Notes: generated from the letters alone by a model not told the origin. A DNA stretch of 64,000 bases from Saccostrea echinata (GCF_033153115.1 NW_026889758.1:34162001-34226000); one strand, 5' to 3'; shown: positions 26,204-40,353, counted from the first letter of the stretch. Translations and numbers: made by a program.

Positions 26204-26744
26204 AAATGTAATAAAAGTTTCTTAGGAGAAATAAGAAAATCACTGTTGATAATTTGTTTGTCTACACAGTGGGGTCAGATTACTTACCTAAAAGGATTCA
26301 ATATAAAGTACCCAGTATTAGTTGCACGGCTTACAACTGAACGAACATTTCAAAATAATATTTGAGGACATTTTTTGCTTTTTTGAAAGCAGAAATGACA
26401 CACGAGGTACACATCTGTAATGCTTGGAGAAGTATTAACAAAAACATTATTCCGTTTGTATTAGAACCAACAAAAATATTCGATGAAAACGGAGTAAGTA
26501 TTGTCCAGAAAAAAGTATAATAGCATTTTACAGCTAATTTATAAACAAATGATTTGAATGTGATATGGCACATTGTAACTTAAATGATATTTAAGCTACT
26601 TATCAAAGGGTCATTTGCAGTATATGTATGCACCAGAAAAAAGTTCATGAACGACCCCACCAAAGATGGATCATGAAACAGACATAAGGTCCCAATAGAG
26701 TTCATCTTCACGAAGTTTACGTACAAAGATATCGGATGATACCG

Positions 26745-26826
26745 TATAAACCGAGTTCCCGTGTCGCAGTAGATGCTGGCACGAAAAAGATCCCTCACTG
26801 CTCAATGCGAGTATAGGTCTAAATTT
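26745..26826 (+). mobile_element. SINE central-domain fragment (mollusc tRNA-SINE-like)
   Basis: ccgtgtcgcagtagatgctggcacgaaaaagatccctcactgctcaatg...ataggtctaaattt resembles bivalve SINE cores recalled from memory. Confidence 0.4.
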
Positions 26827-27399
26827 AATTATGATTTATGAATAGGAGAAAAAGCTGCCAATCATAGAAATCTCAATATAAATGGTAAGGGAGTGGGATG
26901 CTGAGGCAGTGGAGTACACTGAGAACAAAAATGAGCAAGAAAAGTGATATCTAGAAAGCGGACAGGTTTTCCTAGGAAGAACAACGTCTATATCTACCGG
27001 AATTGTGTATAAGGTAGAATAATGACCAATAATGCGATCTGGAATTTCTATAAGTCTATGACATAGATGAAGAGATGAATAAACAATCACCTGCTAATAT
27101 GTTTGGGTATATTGAAATGTTTTGCATCCTCTTGATGCTTTAATTAATTTCCCATAGTACCTACAGTTATCTGTATTAAAGAGTTATATGGACAAAATGC
27201 AGGTTATGTGAGAGGTCAAGGGTGAAAAGATACTTGAAGCAATATTTATCATAGATCAGAAGAAATTGGTCAGAAAGGATCACTGCTCGGAAAACCAAAA
27301 TAAAGAGGCAATATATACAAGGTTCATAGTAGTCAACAAGGTGTTAATATAATTAAAACCATGTTCATAAATTTGTATTGTTTGTAGTTTTTTTAAAAA

Positions 27400-27610
27400 A
27401 TGAATCACTGTTCGTTATCTTGTCCTTTTTCATTTCACACTTAATTTGACTACAGATTACTGTGTTTATCTAATCAATTCACGGCGGTTCACCAGTGGAC
27501 AGGGAATACTTTGTCCTCTTAGGTACCTGATTCCACCACTAATAGTTCCAGGGTTCCGTGTTTTGTCCGGTTCTCGACTTGTAATTGTTTATAGGATTCA
27601 CAAGATTTTC
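27400..27610 (+). mobile_element. Penelope-like 3' tail fragment
   Basis: acggcggttcaccagtggacagggaatac...ggtacctgattccacc...ccaggggttccgtgttt is similar to 63637-63722. Confidence 0.55.
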
Positions 27611-28092
27611 TTTTATCTCCTTGTCATACTATGCAATGCATGATGTCACAACATCCCTGGTTTGGAGAGCTTTAATCTCAGCCAATATTTTACAACATGC
27701 CATTAACATGTGACATTTGTTTATTGTAAAACAAGATAAGGTCCGGTGCTTTTCCGGAGATCTCAGGTAAACTGGACACGACTTTTTACAGCTTTATATA
27801 TGCTTATATTATTTTAGCCACTAGCCCTCTGCGTAGAGGGAAAGTGTCACTGGTTATTTCTTTGTGTCCAGTGATCTGCATCTTCTTTCACTTTGTTCAG
27901 TTCGGTTGGTCCAAAACATAAATCTTGCCAAAGCGGTAGTAAATTTTATTTCAACTTCTTATTGATAACTACAGTTACGAAGAAAACGTTGGTGTATTTT
28001 TTAAACAGAACATCTTCGGTATGAGATTTTGTATATATATATATTTACTTCTCTTTATGCAATAAATTAGCCAAGTGCGTGTAGAATTGAAG

Positions 28093-31000
28093 ATGACAGA
28101 AAATGGTGCCGAAAATCCCAAAAAGGCCCGACTTGAAGACGACCCTTTCAGATGGCCTGGGTACACAGGCGAAGCGTACCCAGAACTGTGTGACATTCGT
28201 GCGATGCCCCCGCAGCCGAAAGAACTAAAGCCCGGACAGCTTAAGGAAGACCTGATTCGGCAATATTTTGAAGAGGTATGAGCCACATTAACTTTAGGTG
28301 TTAACTAAACTGAGACTCAGAGTCTCATATCTCTTATGAATCTATATCTGAAATTTTCAAAATATCAACTAAAATATAATACTATTTCCCCCTTTTTTTG
28401 TAAATACTTTATTTTCCTTGTGTGATTCCACGTGATGGATCAATTTTGAAGGCAGTATGTAAAATGTAGATGCTATTTTTAGCAGAGACATCTATAAAGA
28501 GGACATCCGAAACGTGGATTAGATAAGAGGCAATGTGAAGTGTTACTGGAGATAACTTATCGCAGAAATTGAGCCAAGTCTGGGCTTATGCACCACCTTC
28601 TTTAAATTCTTTTGATTTTCATAGCTAGGGATTATTTCTAAATTTGGTTCAACAACCATTTTAAATTTTCTGAAACAGTGATTGTAAAAACCCTTGGCTG
28701 TCTTATCTGAGGGTAAAGGTCAGTCTTAAGGAGAGGCACAGTAGAAAACACAGCGATACAATGTAGTGCATTTTGGTAAATATAGATGGAAGGCAAATAT
28801 TTTAGGAAAATGAAATTAAAACGGATACTATTGCTCTGAAACATTATGCATGCCTAGGCCAATTTGGAATCGACAATGCGTGAACACGTATATAGCCTTG
28901 ACATTCTGAATAATTCCAGGAAAACACGTGGTTTCCCTTGAATACTAGCCTAACGTATCATGACTCCAATCTAATTAAACTTAGATGTTCCGAATCCGCT
29001 ACCGCTTGAGAAGGGGTAGCGGATTCGGAATATCTGATTTTAATTAGATTGTCATGACTCATGACTCGGAAATATTGATCAAACACTTTTCATTAACATT
29101 ACACAATTTTGTGATGAACATCGTCTCGTATTTCAGGGTTACTTGATAATAAAGGACTTCTTTACGGATGACGAGCTCCAGGCTTGTAGGGACGATCTAG
29201 AGGACGAAGTTGATCAACTAGCAAACAAGCTGTACAAGGCGGGAAAAATAAAAAGTTAAACTACTTATTATTTTATACTTCTTTTGCAAATGGATGCGAT
29301 GGTAAAAAGAAAAAAAAATTATTGAACAAATGTGAAAAAAAATTCTGAAACTGAATATCACAATGGCATTTTTTCAGATCTCTACGAGGAATACGACCTC
29401 GATCATCGTTTGATTAAGATAGATGAAGAGTTCCCTGGAGCGGTCATTTTGCTGCACAAAATCGGCCGTTTACCGCCGGTAAGTGTATATAGCTATAGGG
29501 CCTAAGTAAAATTTTTATTATGTGTTTAAAACATCAACTGGACATGTATGTATATCGGTAGATAATTTTTTTTCTTGAAGGAAGGAAGCATTTGTGAACT
29601 TTGCATAATTACGCATCAACCTGAGTTAATTGGATTCATGAAAAACAGCCTACTTACGGATTGTATCAGAGTCAAAATTACTTTGGATTTATGTAAACAA
29701 TACTTTTGTCTTTTTAACAGTCCTTCAGGAAACTATGGGGCAACGAGAGACTTTTAAACCTAATAGAACAGCTGATTGGTCCAGACATTGCGGGTATGCC
29801 CAACTGGAATTTGCGGGATAAAACACCTCACAACGAGGCCACAACAGTACCATGGCACCAAGGTATTGAGAACGTATTAGTAGCCCTTATACATTGCATG
29901 ATTTTTTTTTTCAGTTTTCATAAGGATATTAGCAAAATGACAGTTTGGGTGGAAGAAAATGAATTTTAAAAACCCTACCCGCGGGAATTGGAAATACAGT
30001 TATCTTTAATCTGACTTACCTGAACCTAAACTGGTATTTATTTGTGATTAACATCCATCCATAAGCACCATCCAAGCCCTTTAGTTAGCAAAAATACTTT
30101 TCTCTTTGTGGTGATCAAGGCTGAATTGATATGAATATTTCTTCTTGTCTTCAGTAAATTTATTATGTATTTCTAATTTCATTTTTGAAATTTAATGAAA
30201 ATGTTATTTATGGAGAGCCTTTGAAACCATGGATATTCTTAAAGAAAGGCCTAACGGCCTCAAGCAAACAGTTCGGTTTTCGGGTCCGAAAAACACGTTG
30301 TCCTCAAACCTAGTCAATAAATGTTTACGGTTTCAATCCAAACATTCACTAATTTAGTTTTTATATAATGCCTATATATAATAGCATACTTGTAATATGT
30401 CAGAATTTGTACTTTCGGAGAAAAAAGGTCTAATCACAAATAAAAAACGTAAAATAATGTGATTCACAAAATATTGAATATAACCAGAAGTAATGCCTGA
30501 GTTACTGATCGTTCCAGATCTTTCGATTAGTAAACAATCATAAAATCTTTGTGCTGGAGCAGTGCATGTCATCTCAGTAATGGTGTCAAAATTAATGAGA
30601 ATTTTCTTGAGAAAGTCTTTTTTTTTTTTTTTACATTCGTCAAGCACATTTTAGCTCTACTGGCCAGAGACCGGAAGAGTTTATGCAATGGTCACATATC
30701 TGTACGACTGTCTGTTTGTTAATAAACATTTTCTCAAAACGCTCTTCCTCCTACAGTTTTAATCCGATTTGAAAAAGTACGCAACTATACTACACTAAGA
30801 TACATAATTTTATATACTGTGAAATAACAAATTTTCGTTGGGGTTTAATTTTTCGTTGTTTCATGGTATGGAGATTCCCACGAATTCATGTCCTCCACGA
30901 AATTTTAAAAATTACAGAGTACAGTATCGTGTACGTGTCTACTAACTAATAAATGAAATCACCTTGAATTGTATTTTTTCATAAATCAGGAAAATTTGAT

Positions 31001-32736
31001 CCCACGAAAATGAGTGATTTTACAGTACATGTATCGGATTTTGATTTCGACGAACGATATTCTAATGCTTTCTAAAAATAGAAATTTCCTTTTAAAATGC
31101 TACTTCTCCTAACGTTTTAGACGTCCATGTATCTCAATAAAACTTACTACATAAGTAGAATACAGGCAACAGTAGTTGTTTACAGTTATTGATGATTTTA
31201 GATGCAGGATATCTGTCCAAAGACATTTACAAAGTCTTCATGCCTACTGTTTGGATCCCATTTGTCAACACAAACAAAAAGAATGGTTGTATGGAGGTAA
31301 TGTAGAAAGAGAAATATGCCATACAAATAAAACTCAAAATTTGTCCAAAAATCGATATTTTTAAAGATACATTAATATCACAGATATTTGAAAGGAAAAA
31401 TAAAAACTTTTACGAAATACAATAGATCTACAACAAAGCATAACTCAAAATTCATTGTCAATTTAATTTACTGTCCATTGTATATTAAAGGTAATACCGA
31501 AGGGTCATTTGAGCGGAAAGGTTGCGGTGCACCAGTGCTGTGCAGGGGACACATGGTATATCATGTTGGAGGATGAGGAAATGAAAAAGAGGCTGGGTGA
31601 GAACTCTGTACCCTGCTGTCTGTCTCAGTAAAGTGATTGATAACGCAATACACATTTGAGGGTCTCCCTGTCCATGATATAAATTTTGCTTTAACGGCAA
31701 TGCTTTAATAAATCTAATTTATTAATAAAATGCACAGAATTAAACCGTACATTTACGGGGCAAAGTGGAAAAAAAATCACATTATTTTCTTACTAGTATA
31801 TCACAGCAAAAGTTATCTCTCTTATCAGAGGGTCAGTGAATCTTAATGAAACTCGGAAAGTAATGCTGAATGTGCTTTGGAACAATAAAATTATTGTGAC
31901 AATCTATTTTGGAGAAAATGTCGGACGAATCGTATACTTCCTTATGTTTCAGCACAGAATTTCAACTGTTTCTGGTTGTTATATCTGCTCATTACAGGCC
32001 GTGAAGAGACCAAAGCTACGACAAAGGTTCAGAAAAAAATGTAATTTATGCAATCCTAGTTTAAACATTATTATAAAGAACTTTTTTTTGTTTGTAGGTT
32101 GCTCAACAAAAGATGCGGTTGTGTGTGAAATTCCCTACGGAGGATTTCTACTTTTCAATAATTTCATTCCCCACCGAAGGTAAAATATTATCAAAGTACT
32201 GTGTACTATTATGTCATAGATTTCGAAAGAATAAAAAAAAGTCCCATTGATGATTTGCTTCAAATATCATTAAGTCTAGTCATTTTCATGATTTGAAAAT
32301 AGATCTAAATTACTTACTTAAAAAAAATTCTTCATTAAAGTCTTGACAACAAATCGGACCACATCCGCTGGAGTGTAGACCTTAGGTTCAAAGTTCCAGG
32401 CGAAAATAACGGGATGTTTGGGCTCAAACCTGACGTCATAATGCGCACGAAAGAGAAACCTAACATGGAGATCGACTGGGAAACCTTTGATTCTCTAAAC
32501 AGAACGGAACTCCAGATGAAATCCGTCAAAGATATTGTTGACGTATGCATTAATTTACAGTTGATTATTTAGTTTTATTTAGTCCAAAGGGACCAGATGT
32601 TATGGAATGGACTCAGTCCCCTTTCTTTAGTAAATGGTCACTTGTGGATAAGACCCCCCCCCTCCCCCTATACACCCTGAGGACTTTTCGACATTTTTCA
32701 TAAATTATTGTTCTTAGACTATATTTTGTCCCAAAA

Positions 32737-32775
<39 letters not shown>

Positions 32776-33133
32776 GAGAAAAACCATACAAGGATATGGT
32801 CATTTCAGTTTATACCAGAACTCTATTAACATTGTTTGGGACTTTTTCCGAATCGTAGCATACCGATTCAGAAGGTATTTAGATTAGATTCTAATCACTG
32901 CCATAGAGAAACTCAACCAAGTGATAGGAGCATGAGATTAAAATCATATTGTAATGTAAAAATATATATTCATTTATACCATTACTCTCTTACAATGATT
33001 TGTATCACTGCAGGTGAAAGAGGACCAAGAATTCGATACAACCGTGCAGGGGCCCTGGATGAGAAAATGGGAGATAACTCACATTAATACGCATGTCCAA
33101 AAGCACCAACAGAAAGAAAAGTCAAAGAGCTGA
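28093..33133 (+). CDS. PhyH-family Fe(II)/2-oxoglutarate dioxygenase, paralog A (9 exons, 382 aa)
   Basis: Exons 28093-28275, 29137-29254, 29378-29478, 29721-29862, 31202-31296, 31491-31596, 32098-32179, 32341-32542, 33014-33133; 1149 nt in frame. PhyH motifs: QYFEEGYL, VPWHQDAGY, TVWIPF..T.K.NGCMEVIPKGH, PHRSLDNKSDHIRWSVDLR. Confidence 0.9.
28967..29051. mobile_element. 85-bp hairpin MITE with a 9-bp TSD (Mutator-like)
   Basis: Near-perfect palindrome caatctaattaaac...tttaattagattg flanked by TCATGACTC at 28958-28966 and 29052-29060. Confidence 0.75.
30815..31027. mobile_element. TACTGT...ACAGTA MITE nested in a decayed HINE (about 30648-31140)
   Basis: Imperfect TIRs tactgtgaaataacaaattttcgttggg / cccacgaaaatgagtgattttacagta. 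Confidence 0.6.
32735..32775. repeat. (AAAT)n microsatellite
   Basis: Directly visible. Confidence 0.95.
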
Positions 33134-33977
33134 AGACTATACTTACCTATCTCTCTTAAAAAACTATGTTTGTGCAATCAGCCATATATCATGGCTGACA
33201 GGATCATTTTAATTTTTTATCTATACTTTCCATGTACATGTACAATTATTTGTGATATTAAGACATAAAACAGTTTTTGATTATTAATTCTTGTTTAAGT
33301 GGGTGAATAAAAATAAAGTATTTTGATTATGCGCAAGAAGAGTTTAATCATATTTAAGAAAATTTTTATAACATGCATGAAAAAAGTTCGTTCAAACACA
33401 AAATAAAATGCACTTTAGAGTTACTGCAATGCTGAAAAGTAGCAATGAATGCCACTGTCAATCAAAAAATCTGTGAAAGTGTGAGAAGCGCCAGCTATTC
33501 CTCTTCCTACAATGTACATGTAGCTAGCTGTGTCAGAAACATTAGTACAAAATTTCTGAATTTGAAAATAAGAAAGCTCATATTTTTATGACAATTGATA
33601 TTCTGATTTTTACTTTCTCTTTGGCTTTTTGTATAGTGTGCATGACTTTCCTTTTCGCCCTGCAAGAGTCGATTAAAGCGAGGGGTTACGAGGGTTGTAA
33701 CAAATTCTAGTGAAGGAAGCACATATGACACTGACTACTTATGATCAACATTTAATTAAACAATATTTACAATTTCGAATGTTTTTGTCCGAGATAAAAC
33801 TACAAATTAGGTAACAGATTTATATCCTCATAAAGCCATTTGCTCAGCACGTAGCAGAACTGCATGCTTTCTCGCTGTGTGTTGCTTTGTAATACATTGG
33901 ATGGCGCTGGCGCAGATTCCTTATTATTGAATAAAAACATTTTTCATTGAGACAAGGATCGGGTAAAAATATAAATA

Positions 33978-34144
33978 TAAGGAAAAACTGTCTTTTGTAT
34001 GCGTGTTGGTTTTATGATGATGATCAATCAATTTGCTCGCGTGATAATTTTATGCATAGACACCTTCGGCGCTTTTGCTAATTATCACGCAAGCAAACTG
34101 ATTGATCACTTAAATAAACCAAAAAACTAGACAATTATTTCCTA
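33978..34144. mobile_element. Palindromic MITE (second copy at 57957-58117)
   Basis: taaggaa(a/t)aactgtc ... gaca(a/g)ttatt(t)cct with inner arms tgatcaat...gcgtgataatt / aattatcacgc...attgatca. Confidence 0.7.
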
Positions 34145-34547
34145 GATATAAAATTCTTTCTTTGGTTGATAGTACGGGAATTAACGTTGCAGTTTCTGCA
34201 GAAAAAATATGATATATTGTGAATAAAATATGTTCAAAACAAATTCTGATTTTATTTTAAGCACTTTTACGAGTCACTCGAGTATCTTTATTCTGTTGAA
34301 TGAAAAGACTTGACATTGATTTTTCTACCTTTTCAACTAAGACTTGCATGCTTACACAGTTAGAAAAAAACCCACGTCATTTCCTTAAAAAGGTTATTTG
34401 AGATTAAAAAAAACATACATGAATACAAATTGAATTTCTATTAAGGAGATACAAGATAACCATATTTTAGTACATGCCTGACTTATGCACACACAGATAA
34501 CTCCAAAGTACACACTTATATGCACCATTCAGATTTGGTGGTCAGCA

Positions 34548-37500
34548 ATGGATCCCCGGAAAGCGGCACCTGGATATACGGGCGAGGAACACCCTGAGAT
34601 CGTAGACATCCGGGCAATGTCACCTCAACCCAAGGAGCTAAAACCTGGCCAGGTCCCCGAAAATCTTATCAAGCAATTTTTTGAAGAGGTTAGCAAAATT
34701 ACTTGATATGATACTTTTGCAAAAGGGAATTCATTTTGACAAATTTGCAATATCATATTCGCTGCCTTTTGATAATTTAAAAATATTTTATTCACATACT
34801 AAACCAAGGGAAAAGATCTTTTATATGCTTATGTGGATTCTTGCAAAAACTTTTCAGGATATTCCTTTTACTAAGTGGGTCTTTTATAATTCCGATACAT
34901 TTAAAAATAGCAGTGTGAACCAATTTTAGGGTTATTTGCAACTCGATAAATTCTTTGATCCGCCTACGGAGCTTGATCCTTGCCGGGAAGCTATCAGTGA
35001 ACTGGTGGATGAGTTAGCCCAAAAGCTATATAAAGGCGGCAAAATCAAGAGTGAGTTATGCTTTGAATACAAAAGAAGAATAAAACGTCTTAAACTTTCC
35101 ATCTATAAAAGCAGTGAATGGAGAACGTAGTTGGACAGCTTCTTTCCATGACAAGTAGTTGTTCTAATTTCTAATTTCATGTATATCATTATAGTATCCA
35201 ACAGTTGCACAATTATTTTCGCTTCTAAATGTAGACTTGCATGAAGAGTTAGGGCTCACCCAAAGACTTACCAAGCTGGACGAAGAATTTCCTGGTGCCA
35301 ATGTTTTGCTTCACAAGACTGGAAAGCTCCCAGAGGTATTATTTTGAGTTTACATGAAGGAAGAGCCTTTGAATTATGTATCTACAATTTACATGTATAA
35401 ACACCCCATCATAAATCATAAACAGGCTTTCATGAAAGTTTGGGGTAATGAGAGGTTATTGAATCTGATGGAGCAGATTCTCGGACCGGATATTGCTGGA
35501 ATGCCAAGCTGGAGTTTGCGTTGTAAGACACCTACAACAAAAGCTGCAACAGTACCATGGCACCAAGGTGACGATTTTAATTTCATTTCCACATTTTAGA
35601 TCTTTTAATTTATTCCTTTTAGGTAAGCTCTAGATTCAAAAGATAAAGTATAAATAAAGTCTATTTCAAATTTCAGATTCAGGCTACCAGAGTGTTGACG
35701 CCTATCAGACTCTTGTGGTGACAGCATGGATTCCATTCGTTGATGCTAATGAACAAAACGGTTGCATGCAGGTATTACTCTACTCTATACTGTTATTAAA
35801 ATCTATAACTCAGTTCACACAAACCCTTGCGCATTCTATTAAAATAAATAAAGTGCAATATACAGCTCAAGATTTTCCATTACCGCTATTTAAGATAAAT
35901 TAATTGATGCATTAAGTTTGAGTGATTTTTAGCCCTGGGATGATGGGAAAGAATGAAACTTCAGTCATCTGCAACATATTTATATCGGTGAACCGATACT
36001 CTAAATCTGCAGATGATTATGAATTGCGTTTTCACTTTGAAATGATTGAATCGTAAATACTTGCAGAACAATATATAGATTCTAACTTAAGCTTAAGATA
36101 ATTTATTATCCTGGGACCTGAGTGTTTTACAGTTTGGGGGTGGGGTGTTTGTTTTGTTCTTTGGTTCACTCGTAAAATAAAAAAGCAAAGTGTTATATAA
36201 CTATTAATATAACTATTAAGAGCTTTACGACATCCAAAAAATTATGCCAATTAAGATTCTTTAAAATAAATTCAGATTCTTCCACGTGGTCATTTGAAAG
36301 GCAAAGTTGGACGCCATTACAGTTGTGTTGGTGACACGTGGTATATTAATTTACCAGAAGAGGAAATGAAAAATAATCTCGGTATGGTGAAACAATTCGT
36401 AAATCTGGTCTTTGATTAAAAATAATAAAAATGGTAATTGGAATACGGAAAATGTATTTCAATCCAAAATATAAAGTAAAACAGAGTTTGATAAAAACAA
36501 ATTTGCAAGAATTAATGCTTGCTACAGGTGTTGACGTAAAAGACGCAAAAATCTGTCCCGTCCCTTACGGTGGAATACTAGTCTTCAGTAACTTCTTGCC
36601 ACATCGAAGGTATGTTCTGATTTTCCACAGGACTAGCTTAAATTTAAACAATAAAATGCTTTCTTTGGTCGTTAGTACGAGAATTAATGTCGCAGCTTAC
36701 GCGGGTTATGTATTTTTTCTGCAATTTCCCGTACTAACGAACTAAGAAAGGCATTTTATTTATATTTATATCTGTATGAAAAAAAATTAAAGTAAATCTT
36801 AATATGTTAAAAATTGTATTATAGACGTGTATGTCATTGTATGCATAATTGATGGAAGGGCCATTGCTCAAGAAATCTGCAGCTGGGAAGTGGCTTGCTT
36901 AGTGGCATTTACTGGCTGATAAACGGCAATGGTTTTCATAAGAAATAAAGGAAATAATATTCAGTGGATGTAAATATATGGCTATTTACATTATAGAAAA
37001 AAATCTGTTAAATTTGTTCTATTTAGTCTCGAAAATTATTCCAACGGAATCCGATGGAGCGTTGATCTGCGATTCAAGAAAAAAGATCTTCCGAATGGCA
37101 TGCATGGTCTGAAGGATGACGTCATACTTCGCTCATCCAAGGACCCGGATATGAAAATTGACTGGAGCATGTTTAATTCAGTGGAAAGACTGAAAATTTT
37201 GCGCAACAAGGATGGCAGCATTATAGACGTAAGAGTTAAATATAAAGAACAATTTTCATTTGATGTTGATTGATTTCTTCAAACTGAAGCTGCTGATAAG
37301 CCCAATAGAACCGATTCCCTAAGTGAGTAACCAACAACAGAGGAAGGGAGGGGTTTAAGTTACTTAATTAAAGTTTCTTCTGGTGAAAGTACCCCCCCCC
37401 CTTTGTTTTGTTTCAACTATTGATTATTCAGCTCAATTAATAGATAAGATACAAAGCAATTAAATATGTGTTATTAAAAGAAATGAATCTGCTTTGTATC

Positions 37501-37689
37501 TTAGGTACTTTACAGAGCTTATTTTTGATTTGTTGGATAAATATTAGAATAATATTAGACTTTAATGTTTTTCTATTGTAGAGGAAGGATGATGAATTTG
37601 ACACCATCATTTCTGGTCCCTGGATCCGGAAGTGGGAACTTGTCCACTCAAACAAACACACGGACCAAGCTTGGAAAGAATACATGTAG
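34548..37689 (+). CDS. PhyH-family dioxygenase, paralog B (9 exons, 365 aa)
   Basis: Exons 34548-34688, 34930-35050, 35235-35335, 35426-35567, 35677-35771, 36276-36381, 36528-36609, 37027-37228, 37582-37689; 1098 nt. Motifs WHQDSGY and PHRSLENYSNGIRWSVDLR. Confidence 0.9.
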
Positions 37690-38394
37690 TTCATGAAGAA
37701 AGAGAAAATTCGGACTGCAATGAAAATGGAAATAAAAAGGCGTAAATTCACTGGTTCGTTTGCTAAAAATGTTGTAATATGCATGTCAGTGCGATATCGA
37801 TTTACTTAAAGTGATGATCCCCCTCCCCAAAGGAGGGAAAAGTTTAGATTTCCGAGAGAGGGAAGGGTTGTTTTTCTCAGTTATCTACAACAAACTTTTC
37901 GCTGGATTCATTGGGTCTCTTTTGGACAAATATATGATACAATTGTTAATTATCAACAACAATTCTAAGATTTTTACATCTTATAGTTAACAACAATGCA
38001 AGTATATTTGTGCTCGTTTCTGTGATATTTGTTATGACAGCAGGGTGTTTCATTAGAATTTTATTCATGATTTATTCAATGATATACATGATTCAATACA
38101 AAATAGGCTATTGATATGAACGGTAAAGTATCATTCAATTTTTTTAAAGAAAAAAAGCGGAACCACATGTTTTAATTTTTATTCCAGGTGTTAACGTTTC
38201 TACGACAATCAATGTTTGCATTTGGCATGTAATAATGCAGCTTTGTTCTGTCAATACAACCATTCATCATCATGTTTCATCAATCACATTTTCGAAATTT
38301 TTTCGGTTTGGTTTTAAGATATGTAGCTGTATTATTAGTATACCTAAATATGCTGTTTAGTAAATATACGTATGCACAGATATTGATCTACATC

Positions 38395-38712
38395 TAGATG
38401 TAGCTTGAGCAAGAGCATGTTCTACGTATGAACAATTTCTAAAACGAGGCAAACTATTGACAAACAAGTTGATAAAACAAGGATATCAACAGTCTCGTTT
38501 GAAGTCATCATTTCGCAGGTTTTACGGTTGATACAATGACCTTGTCAGCACATACAACCTATCATTAAGTCAAATGCTGACTGATGTTTTTCATACTTAT
38601 TGTTAGGCCATTACTTATACACTAACCTGTCTACGGATTTTTCCGTTTTTTTCTTACCGATCATGACAAGAAGAACACGGCGGGTGTGACCGGTCGGCAG
38701 GGGATGCTCAGG
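38395..38712 (+). mobile_element. Penelope-like 3' fragment
   Basis: Decayed RT end (ARACSTYEQFLKRGKLLTNKLIKQGYQQSRLKSSFRRFYG) plus the tail ggcgggtgtgaccggtcggcaggggatgct. Confidence 0.72.
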
Positions 38713-39364
38713 GGAGGCAGGAAGACGGTGTAGACATGGTGAAATAGAGAAAGTTAGATGTTATATACATGCTTTAAATTTCATAAAGGACATGAACGTA
38801 TTTTTGGTTTGGTGTGATGCATAAGAAGTGAGATCTTTTAATCAAATCACTGCCAAGGAGAACATAATCATGGGTTTGTCGAAGGAAAAAGCTACCAAAT
38901 AGATTAATCAACACATATACTACATGTCTTTTTACTATCATTTTCGCTTTGCACTAAATAAGTCCGGGGCGCAAAAGGGCAGAGACACACCCTCAGGAAG
39001 AAAGGGTTTTAAAAGAATAACTAACATGCAATTTATTTTTAATCCATCTATAGTAAGTTTATTTTCTCTTCCTTGATAGTCATACACAAAATAAACAAAT
39101 CTTAAACGTTTGAGAATGTTATATAACTGGGTATTTAGAATTTGTTGCACTAAGGATGAATACGTGACTCTTGTACAAATTCAATTCATAAGAATTTTCA
39201 TATTATGGATTATTTTTGTTGAACAAGTTGATGAAAATACTCTGACGACAATCATCTATCACTTGATCTACTTAATTAAACCCTTTAAAACCATGAATGC
39301 TATTGTACCTTTTTAAAACAAAAAAAATTATACATGTACAATCTTCATAACGAACATAAAAAAA

Positions 39365-40353
39365 ACAAGATGTGTTTGTGAAACACTGATGCCCCCGTAC
39401 GGCAGCTCGTGGCGAAGGTTAAAGTTTCTCAAATGCAAGTCAAACTCTAAGGTCAAAGCCAAGAGATAAAAAATAATGGTACCCGAAGAAATGTATTGTC
39501 ACAAGAAAAACACCTGTGAAATAAGACAGTCCAAGTACAAACTGTTCAAAAGGTATGGCCAAGGTTAAAGTTTTTTCAAAAAATGTCAAAGGGTCAAACT
39601 TAATGGAGCCCCAGGGAAGGTTTTTTTTCCACAAGAAATACACATTTGAAATATGAAAGTCCTAGCACCAACTGTTCAGAAGGTATGACCAAGGTTAATT
39701 TTTTTCAAAAGTAGGTCAAACTCCAAGTTCAGGGTCAAAGGTTGAAAATTGTTGGTACGCAAGGGAGGCCTTGCCACAAGAAATACACCTGTGAAATATA
39801 AAAGCCCTTGCTCTAACCATTCAAAAGTTATTGGACAAGTTTTTCTAAAGTAAGTCAAACTCAAAGGTCAAAGGGTCAGAATTGTTGGTACCTTAGGGAT
39901 GGCCTTGTCACAAGGAATATACCTGTGAAATATGAAAGCCCTAGCACTAACTGTTGAAAAGTTATGGCCAAGGTTAAAGTTTTTTGAAAGTAGGTCAAAC
40001 TCCACGGTTAAGGTCAAGAGGTAAAAAATATTTGTATCCAAGGAAAGGTATTATCATTAGAAATATGCAATAGACTTTGAAAGCCTAAGCACCAACCATT
40101 CAAAAGTTATGGCCAAGGTAAAAGTTTGGTAATTTTTTTCAAAAGTGGGTCAAGGTCAAGTATGTTCACACCCAAAGAAAGTCTTGTCACAAGGAATACA
40201 CCTGTACAATATGAAAGCCATAGCTCCAGCCAATCAAAAGTTATGGGCAAGGTTAAAGTATTCGCAGACAAACAGATTAACAGACAAACAGACAGACGGA
40301 CGGACAGGCCAAAAACTTTATGCCCCCGAAATCTTCGATTACGGGGGCATAAC
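39365..40353. mobile_element. pearl/HINE-like element with about 7 internal 120-125-bp repeats, ACAG microsatellite and terminal hairpin
   Basis: acaagatgtgtttgtgaaacactgatgccccc ... (acag)n ... ttatgcccccgaaatcttcgattacgggggcataa. Confidence 0.8.

Noticed and set aside
29850-31212. PhyH paralogs as halogenases (HQG appears in unspliced ORF translations)
   Set aside because: HQG is an artefact of reading into the intron. Splicing (G|AT) gives HQD in all four genes, the normal hydroxylase-type triad.
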